A DNA stretch of 64,000 bases. It comes from Gracilinanus agilis (taxonomy: Eukaryota). Below, piece by piece: positions 25,801 through 39,231 of this stretch. The translations under genes and the position numbers were made by a program. The number at the start of each line of letters is the position of its first letter. Position 1 is the stretch's first letter. The stretch is from assembly GCF_016433145.1 (NCBI RefSeq), contig NC_058133.1, forward strand, positions 250,998,629 to 251,062,628. Direction: 5' to 3'. A model generated the notes under the pieces. The model was given only the letters and a program-made list of their open reading frames with translations. It made no database searches and was not told where the DNA came from.

Positions 25801-28800
25801 TGCCTTTAATTATAAAGTTGTAGGTTACAAGATATTAGTCTATTCTTTGAATCTTTTGAAATGTACTCTTCCAACCTGGGTGCTATTCTTGGTCTCTCTT
25901 CTTCCACATATTCAGGAAGCTGCTAGATCTTGTCATTTCTACCTCCATGATATCTCTTGTATGACTCTCACTTAGCCAACACCCCTTGTCAACTTGCCTT
26001 TATCACTTGCCTAGACTTTTTTTTTTATTATTAAAACCCTTACCTTCCGTCTTGGAGTCAATACTGTGTATTGGCTCCAAGGCAGAAGAGTGGTAAGGGT
26101 AGGCAATGGGGGTCAAGTGACTTGCTCAGGGTCACACAGCTGAGAAGTGTCTGAGGCCAGATTTGAACCTAGGACCTCCCGTCTCTAGGCCTGGCTCTCA
26201 ATCCACTGAGCTACCCAGCTGCCCCCACTTGCCTAGACTTTTGCAACAGCCTCCCATTTGGTTTTTTCCCCTCTTGTCTCCCCTCTCCAATCCATCCTAC
26301 ACACAATGGCCAAAGTGATTTTATAGAAGTCAGCTCTAAACATTTTATTCTCTCGCTTGACTTGATAAACCCCAGTGGCTCCTTTTTGACTAAAACATTT
26401 TTTTTATTTATCTCATTCTTTTTTTATTTAAACTTTTGTATCCTTTACAGTTTATATACTTATTGGTTCAGTATCATATATTAATATAAATGTAAATTAT
26501 ATGTATATAAATTACAAATAAGTATAGCAATAGATATAAACATAGATTTGTTGGAGGTGTATGCTCAACATTTTTTTTACTGATAAGGTTGCATGGTCAC
26601 AAAAGTAGTCAATACTCTTTAGGTTTGCTGGACTTCTGAGTGCCCTGTGAGGAAATATCTCCTTCTGACCATATTGACCATTGTGCCTAATATGGAGGTG
26701 AGGGGAGCTACTGAACTATTGCTCTAGGTTTGCTTTGCTGAGTATCATTGAGGGAGCTATAATTGAGTGAACTTCTTTTTGTCATAAGGCATATGGAATA
26801 TCAGTGTCTCATTTCATTCCAGCCCCAAACCTGAATTACCTTACTGACCTGATCCAGGCTTGCAGTTTAACATTTCTTACCTTTTGCCTTCTGTTTTCCT
26901 TTTTGATTTGAATAAGGTATAATTTTCCATACCATATTTTTTGTTTTTGTTCTGACCCCTTTCTTCTTAGAATCAATTCTAAGACATAAAGGCAAGGTCT
27001 AGCCAATCAGGGTTAAAAGACTTACTCAGAGTTTTAAAATAGGAAGCATTGGAAGCAAGATTTGAACCCAGGTCCTTCCTGCTCCAGGCCCTCTATCCAC
27101 CAAGTCACTCAGCTGCCCTTCATAGCCATATTCTTGTCATGGATCATATTTACTAAGTCTTACTGGTTCCACTGGTTAGACTCTTGCTTATTATTAATTC
27201 CTTGTGTATCTGTATCATTTGTTTGATTGATTATAATTATGGATTGTTTTCTAGGATTCTGTTTCCTGTGTATTATTGAGCATCTCTAAGCATCTCTACT
27301 GGTATTCTTCCTCCTATAATGTAGCTGCTTTTCTCTTTCTCCTCTCTCCTCTCTCTTTATTTACATTTATTTACATTAACATTGCAAGATTTACTTCTAC
27401 TATTTCCTCCTTTTTAATTTAAAGCTTCTTTTCCATAGGCACTGACTTTTTCATCACTGTGTGACTAAGGATAAATCAGTGACATATACTGCTAAATCTG
27501 TTTTCTCACCTCTAGTAAAATGGACCTGCCATTCAGTATTTATATGAATTGTGAAGAAAGTGATTTGACACCATAATGTACTATGTCAATGTGAGCTAAG
27601 ATAGTTCTCCCCGAAACACAGATGATGCAAACAGCTCCAATTCCTGCAATGACTTTCTCTTTCTCAGACTCTGACCACTGTCTCATGACTCTTCCATATA
27701 GTCTGTCAGGCTTGGTCATCTTGTTTGCCAAGTCTAGATGATTTAGTTCCCAGGTCCATATTCCCCTTGTTCTAGTCTATCCCTCCTCAAGAACCACCTC
27801 CTCACCGGGAGATAATGTCCCACAGCCGGAGGGCATCATGAGCATAGAGAGCTGATGGAATTCCCAGAAGCCCTCTGTCAGCCAGATCATCAGGAAGACA
27901 AAGGGATCGATAGGTCAGACAGGCTGTTGCCCTGCTGAGGATGTCCAGATGACCTCCCCCACCAGTGTTCACCACCTGTATTGGTTGAATGGAGAGTTAA
28001 GATCAGATGGAGGTGGGGAGCCAGATTTAGGTATTAGAAAGGAGGCTGGAAGGCATTTAGAGAGGCAGGTCATTTTTTTCCCCACTAAGATACACATTAA
28101 TAATGTCTCTTGTTAATTCTGACCTGAACTATTGTAATAACCTGACAGCTTTCCTGGCCTCCAGGCTCATCCTTTCTAGGTCATCCTTCAGTGCTGCCAA
28201 AATAGTCTAGAAAGTGTACAGATTTGATGCTGCCATTGCTCTGTCCCCAATCTTAAGTGGCATCCATAGTTATAGAACAAAATATAAATTCTTCAGCTTG
28301 TCATTGAAGGCCATCCTTACTCTGGCTCCATTCCACCTTTCTCACTTCATCTCACATTACTCCTCTTCACACGTAGCTAAGGTACAACAGGTTCCTCATG
28401 TGTTGAATATAATCCTTTCACCTCCACATGTTGAAATCTTTTTCTCTTCCTTTGAGGTCTAGCTCATGTGCTCTCTCTCTCCCATGTTATCGTCCATGAT
28501 GTACTCAGGTAGATATGATCCCCTAACTCGAATCTTGCACTTTTTTTAAAACTCAAAATGCTTAAATGTAATTAAATCTTCTCCTAATTTGTAGTTATTT
28601 ATGTATATTGCTCTTGTACTACCTTATAAGCTCATGGAGGACAGGGATTCTCTCTGTGACCCATATAGTCAGAGTGTCTTTTGCATACTAGGTACCTAAA
28701 AAATGTTTAGTTAGATTAAAAATAAGACTAAATCAGATCATTGATTTTTAGAGGGAGGGAGGAGTCTCTAAGGGCTCCTAAGGATGAAAAAAAAACCACC

Positions 28801-31800
28801 AAAGATCCTGGGGTGGCAATACATATTCTTTCCTGACTCCCCCCCCCCCAATTTTTCCAACTTGTGATTCCCACTCCTTCAAACCTGATCAAAAATTCCC
28901 CCATCAGAAATGAGTCTGGTCCGGGCACGAGTGTTAATCTCCAGAGTATAGCGGAGATGAGGAATCAGGAGCTGTGGAAAAAGGACAAGTAGAAATAAGA
29001 GAAAAGAAAGCTTCTATCCCACAGGACATTAGATTCTGGGTAAGGATGGTGCTACAATAGAGGAGCAGTGTGGATGATTACATAGCTGGCCTATGATGAG
29101 AACAGATGGGCAAGGAGATGAAAATGACCTCTGAAGGTGCTTTGATGGACAAGAAACTCAGGTAAGAAGAAAGTGATTGTTTTCTATGTATTGAGAGGGA
29201 AAAAATAGCAGCAAAGATGAAAGTGGAACTGAGAATATCATATTTGGGGAATGGGAGAAGACCAGACTGATTGGAGCAGAGGGTCGTGTATATGGAGCCA
29301 AATTATAGAAAGCTTTGAATACCAAGATGAGGTGTAGGAGTCATTTGTTGTAGTGTCTTAAGCAAAAGAGTCACTTTATGTGTTTTTTTTTTTTAAACCT
29401 TACCTTCCATCTTAGAATCAATACTGTGTATTGGTTCTAAGGCAGAAGAGCAGGGCCAGGGTTAAGTGACTTGCCCAGGGTCATACAGTTAAGAAGTGTC
29501 TGAGGTTTGATTTGAACCCAGGACCTCTCCAAACCTGGCTCTCAATCCACTGAGTCACCAGATTGCCCCTCCCCCAATGTGTATTTTTTTAGAAAGTTGA
29601 GCATTCCAAGTTCATCTGCATATTTTCTTCTGATTAGCTCAAAGTCTTTAATCTTATTTTCTCTAGGGCTTGGAAGTTTCGGAATCAATCTGAATTGTTG
29701 ATTCCTGGTGGCCACACTTTAAATATATATTTATAAAATATCTAAAATCTCCCTCTTACATCTTTCTTGAATCATTGAGGTATTGCTTATCATCTGGATC
29801 TCTGTAATTGCTTTCTACATTACCTTCCATTCATGGCTTCTCTTCTTCCTGCCAACAATGGTGGGTTTCCTAGAGTACTGATAAAGGCCCAAATGTACAT
29901 CTTCAGCCTGGACCTTTCAGTCTCCACTGCTATATGTCTAGCTAACAAAAATCTCTCTCCTCTTGAATGGCACACTGTGAGCACAGAGTTAACTTGTCTA
30001 AAGCCATACGCACCATATGTGCCCCCAATTGTATCTCCATTCACAGCAATTCTTCAGTTTCTGTCACTCAAACTCAAAAAATTACTCAAGCCTGACTCCC
30101 TTGCTTCCTCATCTCTAATCACCCAGCCCAGTTGAATCTTCCTTTCTAATGTCCTAGGTCCTGCCCTCCCCTTCTCATAGCCACCTCATTCCTGTAATTT
30201 ACAACCTAATTGGCTTCACTATTTTTAGCCTATCTCCATTCCACTATGCAGCTTAATCTTAAAACACCAACTTTCAACAAAAATGTCCACAAAGTGCTTA
30301 ACTTGATCTTAAAGGTCTCCACAGATCTGGTCCCCAATACCTTAAAAGCCTCTCACTTCTCCCCTGCACAAACCCTCCAATTCATGTAGCCTGGTCCACA
30401 CACTTTCCTCCCATCTCTGCCATGGTCATTCCTGACTCTGCTCAAAGTGAAGGAAGAAAGGGAAGGCAAGTGAATGAGAGGGAGTAAGAGAACAGAAAAA
30501 AGGGGAGAGTGTAGGAGCAAGGGAGAGGAGAAGGAAAGAAGAGAATGAATGGGAGAGAGAGTGCAAACAGATGTTAGGAAGAGAGCACCTGAGTGATTGT
30601 AAATTGTAGTACCTGTTTGTATGGCTATCGTGAGCTGCAAAGTGGGCCAAGAACTTCCCTACACTAGATTGTGACCATTCTAAAGGTCTCTGAGGCCACA
30701 TCATTTCTTGAATCCTTCAGAGATTTCATCAGTGTAAGTCCCACAGGAAGTTCTTAGCACATACTGAGTTTCCACATTATTACAGTATGGAACCTTAGAA
30801 GGTAAGAATTACAAAGAACCTGAGATATCATTGACTCCATTTCATTTCACAGAGGAGGAAATTAAGGCCCATAGAAGGAAAAAGAATTGTTCTATCCTTT
30901 GAGCTGCCTCCCAGGATTCTTTGTTGTCAGGTGAAACACATAATGCCTGATTGGTGTGAAGAAACCCCCCTACCTGACTATTCCCCTATAATTGGATTTA
31001 GCTATCTTTTCCATTAGGGTCTGTGGTGGCAATCCATCACTGCCCTAGGTTAACAGGAGTGAAATGTGAAGGGTAGCTTAAAGGTAGAGTGAGTACCTTG
31101 AAGATGGGGTGCATCCCTGGGAGGCACCTCATGGTGGCTACAGCAAATACCTCAGCCACCAAATGAGTCTTCAGCAGATGTGCTTGCAGTTCATGTAGCT
31201 GGAAGTCAGAATTTTTGACCCAGGCCTTGGCCAGGAGCCAGGTGAGGGAGGGATCTGAGGGCAGGAAGAGTGGTGGGACTGGAGAGCCAGAGCAGGGAGG
31301 CTGGAGCTGGAGGACAACAGAATCAGTACAGTCATAAGCCTGGAACTGCATGGGACTTCAGAGGCTGAAGGGAGGTTAAATGACTTGCCCAAGATGAGAC
31401 ATCATCAGAGGAAGGAATGTGAACCCAGGGTGTCTTCTTCCATTCGCTGCTCTTTTAATTGAATTACATGTACAGAGTAGGGCATTAGATCTCTGGATCT
31501 TTGAAAGGAAGAGAGATTGATGAAGCAGAGCAGAGAAGTCAGAGGTCTTGGTTCCAGGGAAAAGGTTGGTGGGGAAGCAGTGGGTGGAGGAAGGCTGGAT
31601 AAGGGAGCTAGGTAGAAGGATGCCTGGGTTCCCTCACCTGGATGGCCAGGGGTAGCAGCTTCCCATCAGGCTCCATCTTAAACATAACTAGGGGGGCAGC
31701 TAGGTACTGTCTCTCCCCCTGGATCACATTGGGCTGGATTCCATCCAACAGGGAAAAGTCAGCTTCAAACAGGCAGCCCTCCTGGAAAATAGATTAGTCT

Positions 31801-34800
31801 GAGGTCAAGGATCAGAGGATAATGTAGAACATTTTTAATACCAGAGAGTGTCAAAAGGCTCAGCATAAAAGACTAAAAGAGAAGTCCAGATTCTTAAATG
31901 AGGTCCAGACCTACAGAATCTGAAAACCAGGAGGCCTCTTGGAGTTTGTTTAGTCTAACAGTCTCATTTTACAGTGGAGGAATCTGAGGCCCAGAGAAAT
32001 GAAATGACTTGTCTAGGATAACAACTACTCCAGCACAATGGGCATTAGAGACCAAGTCTGTGGACTCTAGAACCCTTTACCCCTAGAGAAATTAAAATGC
32101 CCCTTTGTTTTGGTGGTCATTTTCTTCAGTCTTCTAATCCCCCAAACCAAATCTAAACTCTATAACTATTTGACTTCTCTCTTTGACATGATCTTCTACC
32201 TCCTCAAACCTATCATCTCCCTCACTTTCAAGACATGGGTTTTTTTCTTCTCTGAAATATATTTCTCCTTTTCTCCAACATTTTATCTACTTTCCAAACT
32301 CCCAAGATTTCCTCTCTCCACTTCCTCCAAGAAAGTTTATTTAAATCATTTATCTGTTGATTCCCTCTTCTCTTACTTTCCTTGTGTTCTGAGATCCAGG
32401 ACTGGGATCCATTTAGAGAGTCTCATTTGTTTACCTGGTCTTATCTCCATCTGCTTCCTCTTTTTCTATCCTATTTCTTTTGTAATAGTAGGTTCATTTT
32501 ATTCTAATGAACCTTTTCCTTGTTTTTACATATCCTTAAGATTTCCCCAGAATGAAGTTCTGTATGAAAGATGGGTGTTGAATTAGTTTTGTTGACTACC
32601 TCTCTTCTATCAATACCATCTATGGCATTTCAACCTATCCCTTTCCCTAAACTAATATATCTATGTAAGTGTGTTTAATATATCTATGTAAGTGTGTTTA
32701 GAAACTAACCTAACTTAATTCCTAGGAGCCTTTTTAATTCTCTTGGTCACAGAAATGCAAAGGAAGAAGAAAGAATCAGAGTAGAGAAGAGACCAAGAGG
32801 AAAGGAACTACCTGGAGTTTTTTTTCCAGCTGAACCTGAATCTCTTCTGCCCCTGGGGGGATCACAAGTCTTGTGGGGAGTGAAGTAGACCTTCTCAGTA
32901 GTGTGGGGTTGACCCCATTGAGGAACTGGTAGCCAAAAAAATCATCATCCTTCCAGGACTGGCGCACCTTCTCTGGGAGCAGAAGGGAGATATCATAGTA
33001 CCCCAAGTACCTCTGTGGTACCAGGTATCAGCCCCCAATCTTGGGATGCCCCAGATGCTGTCAAGAGAGAAGCCACTTTAAGGGACATATTTCTGTGTAA
33101 AAATGGTTAGTGGAAGGGCAACAGGGATGTAGTATATGTGGGGGAAGGGAGGGTAGAAGTGAACTGTTATTGAAATGGGGAAGTGGAGCTGAGAATGTCA
33201 GGGACGGGTTATTGGAGAGGATCACCAAGCTTATGGAACTGTTACTGACTAGCCAGGGTACTCTTGCTGCACCAGAAGATTTGGTCAAAATCTTCTAAGC
33301 TACTCCAGGAGCTCAGAAGGGTGTACGTGCGTTTAAGAACAATCTCAGTCATTCTAGGATAAGGAGTAAAGAAATTAGTTGCTTGAATTTCAATCTCTCT
33401 CCCTCTCCCTCCAAATTCCCCAATCCCCAGATTTTCCATTGTGCCTGAGAGCTCCCACCACAAACCCCCAGTTTTTGCCCCTGGTCTCATTCCTACCCTG
33501 CAATCAGAGTTCCTTCAAAGTCAATCTTCTTATTCTCATGGAATCTCACATCCAGGGGTAGATCTTTCTCTGATTTTGCATCCACTGACAAGAGTATCCC
33601 TTTCTTCCAGGTGGCCCAGCTGGAGGTCCATAGAATTAAAAGTTAATAGGTCAGTGAAGGGTTAAAAAACAAGGGTTAGCAGAGATTAGAGGCCAAAGGG
33701 CGCAGTATAAATAAATTGGGACTCAGGAGTCAAAGCTTAAGTAACTGAGAGATCAGGGGTCAGGGACATCACCGATATAATCTCCTTCTTTCCTCCAGTT
33801 CCTCTTCTCTGTGTTTCTGAAACAAGCCCTGGACATCCTTCCCCATCATCCAAGCTGGGAAGACATGGGAACAAGGTCTCATTTATCTGTTCCATCCTCA
33901 CAGGTGTGTTCCCAGGCTGCTTTCTATCCCTGACCCCAGCTCACCAGTTTCTTTGAGTCTCATCCCCATTTTCTATTCCTCTCTGCCTCCATGTCCAACC
34001 CATTTCCCATCCCTCTCTTACTTGCCACCCTATGTTAGGACAGGTTTCCTGTTCTCATGTGTCCTTACCTCACCCCTCCTATCCCTATTTTTCCTCTGCC
34101 CCAGTTTTGTATGCTGTCTTTTCTGTCTCTACCCAACCCTCACTCACTCTCCTATTGCCTGTTCTTCAGAATCACATTCTTCACATTTTCTACTCTGAGA
34201 CCTTTGTTGTCACCTGTCTATGTCACCAGCTCCCTGGATTCACATACTGTACATTTTCTTCCTCATGTACTCTGTCTTACCCAGATAAAGATACTTTTTA
34301 ATGTCATATAAATAACATGTAATTTTTCTTTCAGCTACTTCTATTTCTGTCCTCCTGTCCTCTTACTGTATCCTGACTTTTTTGTGCTTTCCCTTCCTTA
34401 TATCTTCTGCCTTTCTTCTGATCCTTCCCTCAACCCTCCCTCTTGTTTTTCAACTTTAACCCCAACCACACCTCACTTTTAGGCAAGTCACATTCCTTTA
34501 ATGAGCCTGAGTTTCTTTTTCTTTTAAATAGGGCATTAATTTAGATGATCCCAAAGCTTCCTTCTAAGTCCTCTGCCCTCTCCCTGCCCCATCTCCTACC
34601 CTTCTTACCAGTAGCCTCAGGCAGGCAGATGATGCCATCTCCCTGCACCCATCTGTAGCAGGGGAACACTATCTCCTTCTCCTCCATCCTCTTCTCAGAG
34701 GCCCAAACAGTTATGTGGTTGCAGAACCAGGCATCCTTTAGGAAGAGATGGATTTTCCGGAGCTTCACAAATAAGAGGGGCCCCAGGTCTTCTGAGACAT

Positions 34801-37325
34801 CTACTTCAAAATCCTCCATCTAAGATGGCAGTGGAGGAGAAGGTAGGAGAACCTTTTAATTAAACCTTAGTGTCAAATATTGTCCCCATTTTATAGATAA
34901 GGGACCTGAAACTTCAAAAGGAAAAAGATTTTCCTGATGTGATCAATATGATAAAATTTCAATCAATATGGTAAGATGGTCTGTTGACACTATGCTTTAT
35001 ATAGAGATATTGAAAAGATGCTTTAGAGGAACTGTCTACTGTGCAATGCCATAAACACACACAGATACTCCCTGGCCCCCCCAGTATCAGACTTGGAAAG
35101 CATCTGAAGCCATCTACTCCAACTTTTACCCAAAGAAGAAATTCAATTTTCTTTCCATTACTGGGCTAGGCAAAGTGAGTTAAGTGATTTTCCCAAACTC
35201 ATAAATCTAAGAGGCCTGATGTGAATATAGAAACTTCCCCTCTCTAGGTCTACTTCTCAATATATTGAGCCATCTAGCTGTCCACTAATTCAATTTTATT
35301 TCAAGAGAAATAGTTACCCTTGGTCCAGGTACTATGCTAGGTGACAAAATGAATACTCTCATTGTCCTCAGGAATTTATGTTCTATTGTAAGGATACAAC
35401 ATGTTAAGTAAATAAAAAATGTTTTTCCTGGACAGAGTCTAAGAACTATCTCAGGTAGAATTTCACCTGAGTTGAGCCTTAAAGGAAAATGGGGGTCTTA
35501 AGAGGCTGAGGTGAGGAGAGAGAGCCTTCCAGATGTGGAGATTAGTCTGGATCAAGACAAAGTAGGAACAATGTCTTTACCACCTCCTCCCCAACCAGTG
35601 ATCATCCAGCCTTTGCTTAAAGATTTCTAATCAAGGAAACCCAATCCTTTTGAAGTCAACACATTACCCTTTGGGATTATGCACACTGTTGGGTAATTTT
35701 TCCTTTTATTACCTATAAATTTTGTAGGACCTTCAAATGTATATGCATTCCATTTTTAGGGTCTTCTTTCACTCTGGGACAGAGGTAAGTTATTAAGTTG
35801 AAAACCACTTAGAAGACAATGAAGATCACATTCTCAACTTCTGCAACCCAGAGTCCTGTTTTTCTTCCCACAGTCAAATAAGGATAAGAGAAATTAGCTT
35901 CCTGCTGGTGGAGGTAATCCAGTACAGATTCTTCTTACAATTTGTATGATCTTGCATCTCAGTATTCTCATTTTTAAATGGAGGAGAATATGGAAATTTG
36001 TATTGTGTGACAACACTGGAATAACCTATATAAGATTGTTTACTCTCTTGGGGACGGGTAGAAGGAGAAAGAAAAGTTGGATTTCAAAAAGTCAGAAAGC
36101 AATTGTTAAAATTTGTTTCTATATAAATAAAATAAATAGAATTTTTAAAAAGTGAAGGAGTTGGATAAGATGATCACAGGGCAAATTCATAATAGGAACT
36201 TGGTCAATCGAATAAAATCTGGAAAGTTCTTTCTATTTGTAATGCCTATTTATCCATTAGATACCATCATGGACGCTATAGGATCATGCCTAGGTAGGAA
36301 TACTAATATGCTATTAGAAATGAAAGCAACTGTTTCAGAGAAACTTGGGAAGACTTGTATGAATTGATCCATAGTAAAGTGAGCAGAACCAGGAGAACAA
36401 TATATACAATAACAACAGTATAAAGAGAAATAGCTTTGAAAGAGTTAAGAACTCTGATTAACCAACCCCATCAAGGTACTCATGATTTGTTGGACTCAGA
36501 ATGCAGATTAAAACCCATAATTTGGACATGGCCAATTTAGGAACTGGTTTGCTTCACTGCATATTTGTTACAAGTGTTTTGTTTTTCTTTTTCATGGTCA
36601 TGGGGCAGGATGGGAGGGAGAAAAAGTAGAGTTTTGTTTACTAAAATTAATATATAAATGCCAAGACAAGAAAGAGGGGGGAAAAAGGACTATAAAAACA
36701 TACCACATTTCCATAGTATTTTTCAGAAGTTGTACTGATTGGTATGTTGGCCAATCAACCTTAATTTTATGGAGAGAGAAACTGATTCCCAGAAAGAAAA
36801 AGTGATTTGGCTACCCAGGAACAAACTAGGTCCTCAGAGGGCAGAGGTGAGGCATCTTAGCCCAGATCCTCTGGCTCCAAATTTACTACTGTTTCTACAC
36901 ATCCCCCAGCACTATCCCCTACCCTCCAAATTTTTGGCTTTGGGGTACATGGGTTTCCCTGGGCACTGCAGAAGGCCATACAAAGGCCCTGAGCATGCCC
37001 TTTTAAGGTTTCCCCTTATATAAATCCATTGGCTTACAAGAAGAGAGTTCCAGGTGTCCTGGTTCAGTATCACTGTGCTTTAAAAATCTTCAGCCCAGAG
37101 CAGTTTCCTGACTCTCAACTGTCCCAGTGTGCAGCTCCCAGACTACTCAGTCCCCCAATCTCCCCTTCACATCCATACCCAGCTTCTGACCTGTCCTCGA
37201 GTGGGCCGCAGCTGCAGCCCCAGTTCCGCCTCTGCACGCTGCCCAACCAACCATAGCTGCACCTGGTTGGTTGACCCTGAGAAGGCGAAGCTCCCGGTGG
37301 CCACACGTACTCTGTACCGACCCAT
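22852..37325 (-). CDS. ALOX12: Intact arachidonate lipoxygenase, ALOX12 (platelet 12S-LOX)-type, 665 aa, 14 exons (copy A)
   Basis: Exons: 37325-37191 (135), 34819-34609 (211), 33854-33773 (82), 33619-33497 (123), 33353-33250 (104), 32972-32812 (161), 31781-31638 (144), 31306-31097 (210), 28971-28885 (87), 27975-27806 (170), 25100-24979 (122), 23557-23457 (101), 23316-23149 (168), 23031-22852 (180). All GT-AG; 1998 nt with no stops. Fe ligands retained ([21 protein letters not shown]-terminal ENSITI). Adjacent to RNASEK like human ALOX12; the orthology call rests on synteny and motifs. Confidence 0.92.
23582..24321 (+). mobile_element. Solo LTR (740 bp) in ALOX12 intron 11
   Basis: TGTTA...TTACA termini and a 4-bp TSD TGGA (23578-81 / 24322-25). 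Internal AATAAA at ~24128. Absent from the paralogous intron of copy B (~44480). Confidence 0.85.
26022..26225 (-). mobile_element. SINE1_Mdo-type SINE with a 17-bp TSD
   Basis: TSD cacttgcctagactttt at 26004 and 26226. Confidence 0.92.
29384..29570 (-). mobile_element. SINE1_Mdo-type SINE
   Basis: T-tail followed by the reverse-complement SINE body. Confidence 0.8.
32653..32698. repeat. Perfect 23-bp tandem duplication
   Basis: taatatatctatgtaagtgtgtt x2. Confidence 0.95.
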
Positions 37326-38056
37326 CACGTTTGGAGACTCTGGATGCTGGGAGAAAAGTAACGGGAAAGTTACTTGCTCAGAGCTCTGCCCACTGCTGTC
37401 CAGTGTCTGTCCTGGTAACCAACTCAAGTCTTGTAGTGGAGAAGCCCTTCCCATATCCGCCTATGTGCCTACCCAGTCCCCACCCTTCTCAGAATCCAAG
37501 CCTTCACTTTCCCCACCCTGGGACAGGCCAGGACCTGCCACAGAAATTTGGGCAGGGAAGGGGGAGGTGGGGAGACAATGTCTGGAGTTTGTTTCTAGGT
37601 GATTAGGACTTCCTGAATGGGAAATGAGAGCTTGTATATTGGGGACAGGAAACTTGCCTTTTTTGTTTTGGGTGAATGTAGGGAGCAGATAAGTAATTTG
37701 ACAGAGACCTAAAAGAATATAGCCCCAGTTTCTTATATAACTAGGAAAAATTTCTCCAATCCCATGTAGCTTTAGTTAGAACCCTCCCATAAGTAGTAGT
37801 AGTCTTATTTTATAGATAAGACTGCTGAAAACCAGAAAGCCTAAATGACTTGTCTGAATCACACAGTTGATAAGTGTCTGATAGGATTCCTACTCTTGAA
37901 TCAAGCCTGATGTTCATTTCAGTGAGAAAGCTTTATTTAACTTTTTCCTTTCATCCAGCATGGAGGTGTTTTTAAGAGTGGGCTCTGGGGTCCTTTAGAG
38001 AAAGGACTAAAGTCCCTGTGAGCTTGGAAAGGCATTGTTGGAAGGGCTGGGGGTGG

Positions 38057-38229
38057 GAGTCTGAGGAGTGACTTCTCCACTAGCTTTGACTTCAGGTATT
38101 CATAAGGCAGGTTTTACTGAACATTTTGATCTCTTTCTCAAGGGAGTCCATATTTTCCCTAATACTGCTCAACACAGCCAGTTTCCCAGAGCTTTAGAAG
38201 TATTCATCTTTGTACTATTCCAGGAGAAC
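38057..38229 (-). pseudogene. Relic lipoxygenase exon 14 (third LOX paralog, copy C)
   Basis: Translates VLLE*YKDEYF*SSGKLAVLSSIRENMDSLEKEIKMFSK(frameshift)LPYEYLKSKLVEKS, collinear with copy A exon 14 ([56 protein letters not shown]). Confidence 0.85.
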
Positions 38230-38459
38230 TGGGCCAGATAGAACAAGCATTCCCTTTCAAAGATCATTGAAAAAGCTCCCTACTGTCCCTAAAGGAATTT
38301 AAGATTCATAGCTGTAAGGAATAAAAAAGAAATCTTAAGCATCCTTCTGGGCCTGTTCCTACCACTACTCCATTTCATAGATGAAATTCAGACTCAGAGA
38401 GGGGACTTGTCCAAGGTCACATAAGCTGATATTCAAGCCTAGATTTCACTCCAAATCTA

Positions 38460-39000
38460 GAGTTTGTTAGTAAGGTTTCTTAAGTACTAGACATTGTGCT
38501 GGGACAACTAAAGGCCAAAGATAATCCAGTCCAGGCATTTGGAGGAGGCAAGTTAAACAATATATATGTGCAGGCTAGATATAGGATAAATAGGAAATAA
38601 TTAACAAAATGAAAACACTAAGATTAAGAGCAGTTGGGAAGGACTTCCCGAAAAAGACAGCATTTTAGTTGAGACTTAAGAGAAGCCAAAAAGTGAGGAG
38701 GGAAGAACATTCCAGGCCTAATGGACAGCCAGATAAAATGCCTAAGGCTTAGAGATGGAGTATCTTGTTCATAGAACAGCAAGAAAGTTAATGTCATTGG
38801 ATCAAAAAGTATGTGGTGGGGAGTATGGTGTGAGAAGGCTAGAAATCTGGGTGGAGTGGGGGAAGAGGACTACATTAAGCTAGGTTTTACTACCAAAAGA
38901 GATTTTTGTTTTTGATCCTATTGGTAATAAAGAACTAGTGGTATTTAAGGAAAGATACATTGACTGTTGGAAGATGGATTGGAGCAGGGAGAGACTTTTA
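38460..39000. mobile_element. Old L2-like LINE fragment between the relic LOX exons
   Basis: L2-like phrases (taagtactagacattgtgct; tttgatcctattggtaat; gaagatggattggagcagggagagact). Recognised by resemblance only. Confidence 0.55.
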
Positions 39001-39068
39001 TACTACACTCTCCATCTGAGATTTAGATCCAACCACTGGCTCTCAATTTTAACTCCCCATCTACTCAC

Positions 39069-39231
39069 TATGGCTGAACTTGACCCAGTTGCCATATTAA
39101 AGAGATCTGGAGGCATTTCTGGTGTATACAGATTAGAGTGGCCATCACCATTTCCAGTGTCACATTCTTTGTGCTGGTGGGGGATTAGGCAAAGTGCATG
39201 GGGCATTAGGAACCCAGGTGTACCAGTCCAG
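39069..39231 (-). pseudogene. Relic lipoxygenase exon 13 (copy C)
   Basis: Translates [19 protein letters not shown](frameshift)[34 protein letters not shown]. The donor GTGAGT is intact; the acceptor is mutated to CAT. Confidence 0.9.

Noticed and set aside
32110-32586. 158-aa hydrophobic plus-strand ORF (and similar ORFs at 33953-34311 and 59535-60284)
   Set aside because: They arise from pyrimidine-rich intronic sequence giving F/L/S-rich translations, start at non-ATG codons in several cases, and are not conserved in frame between the two paralogs.
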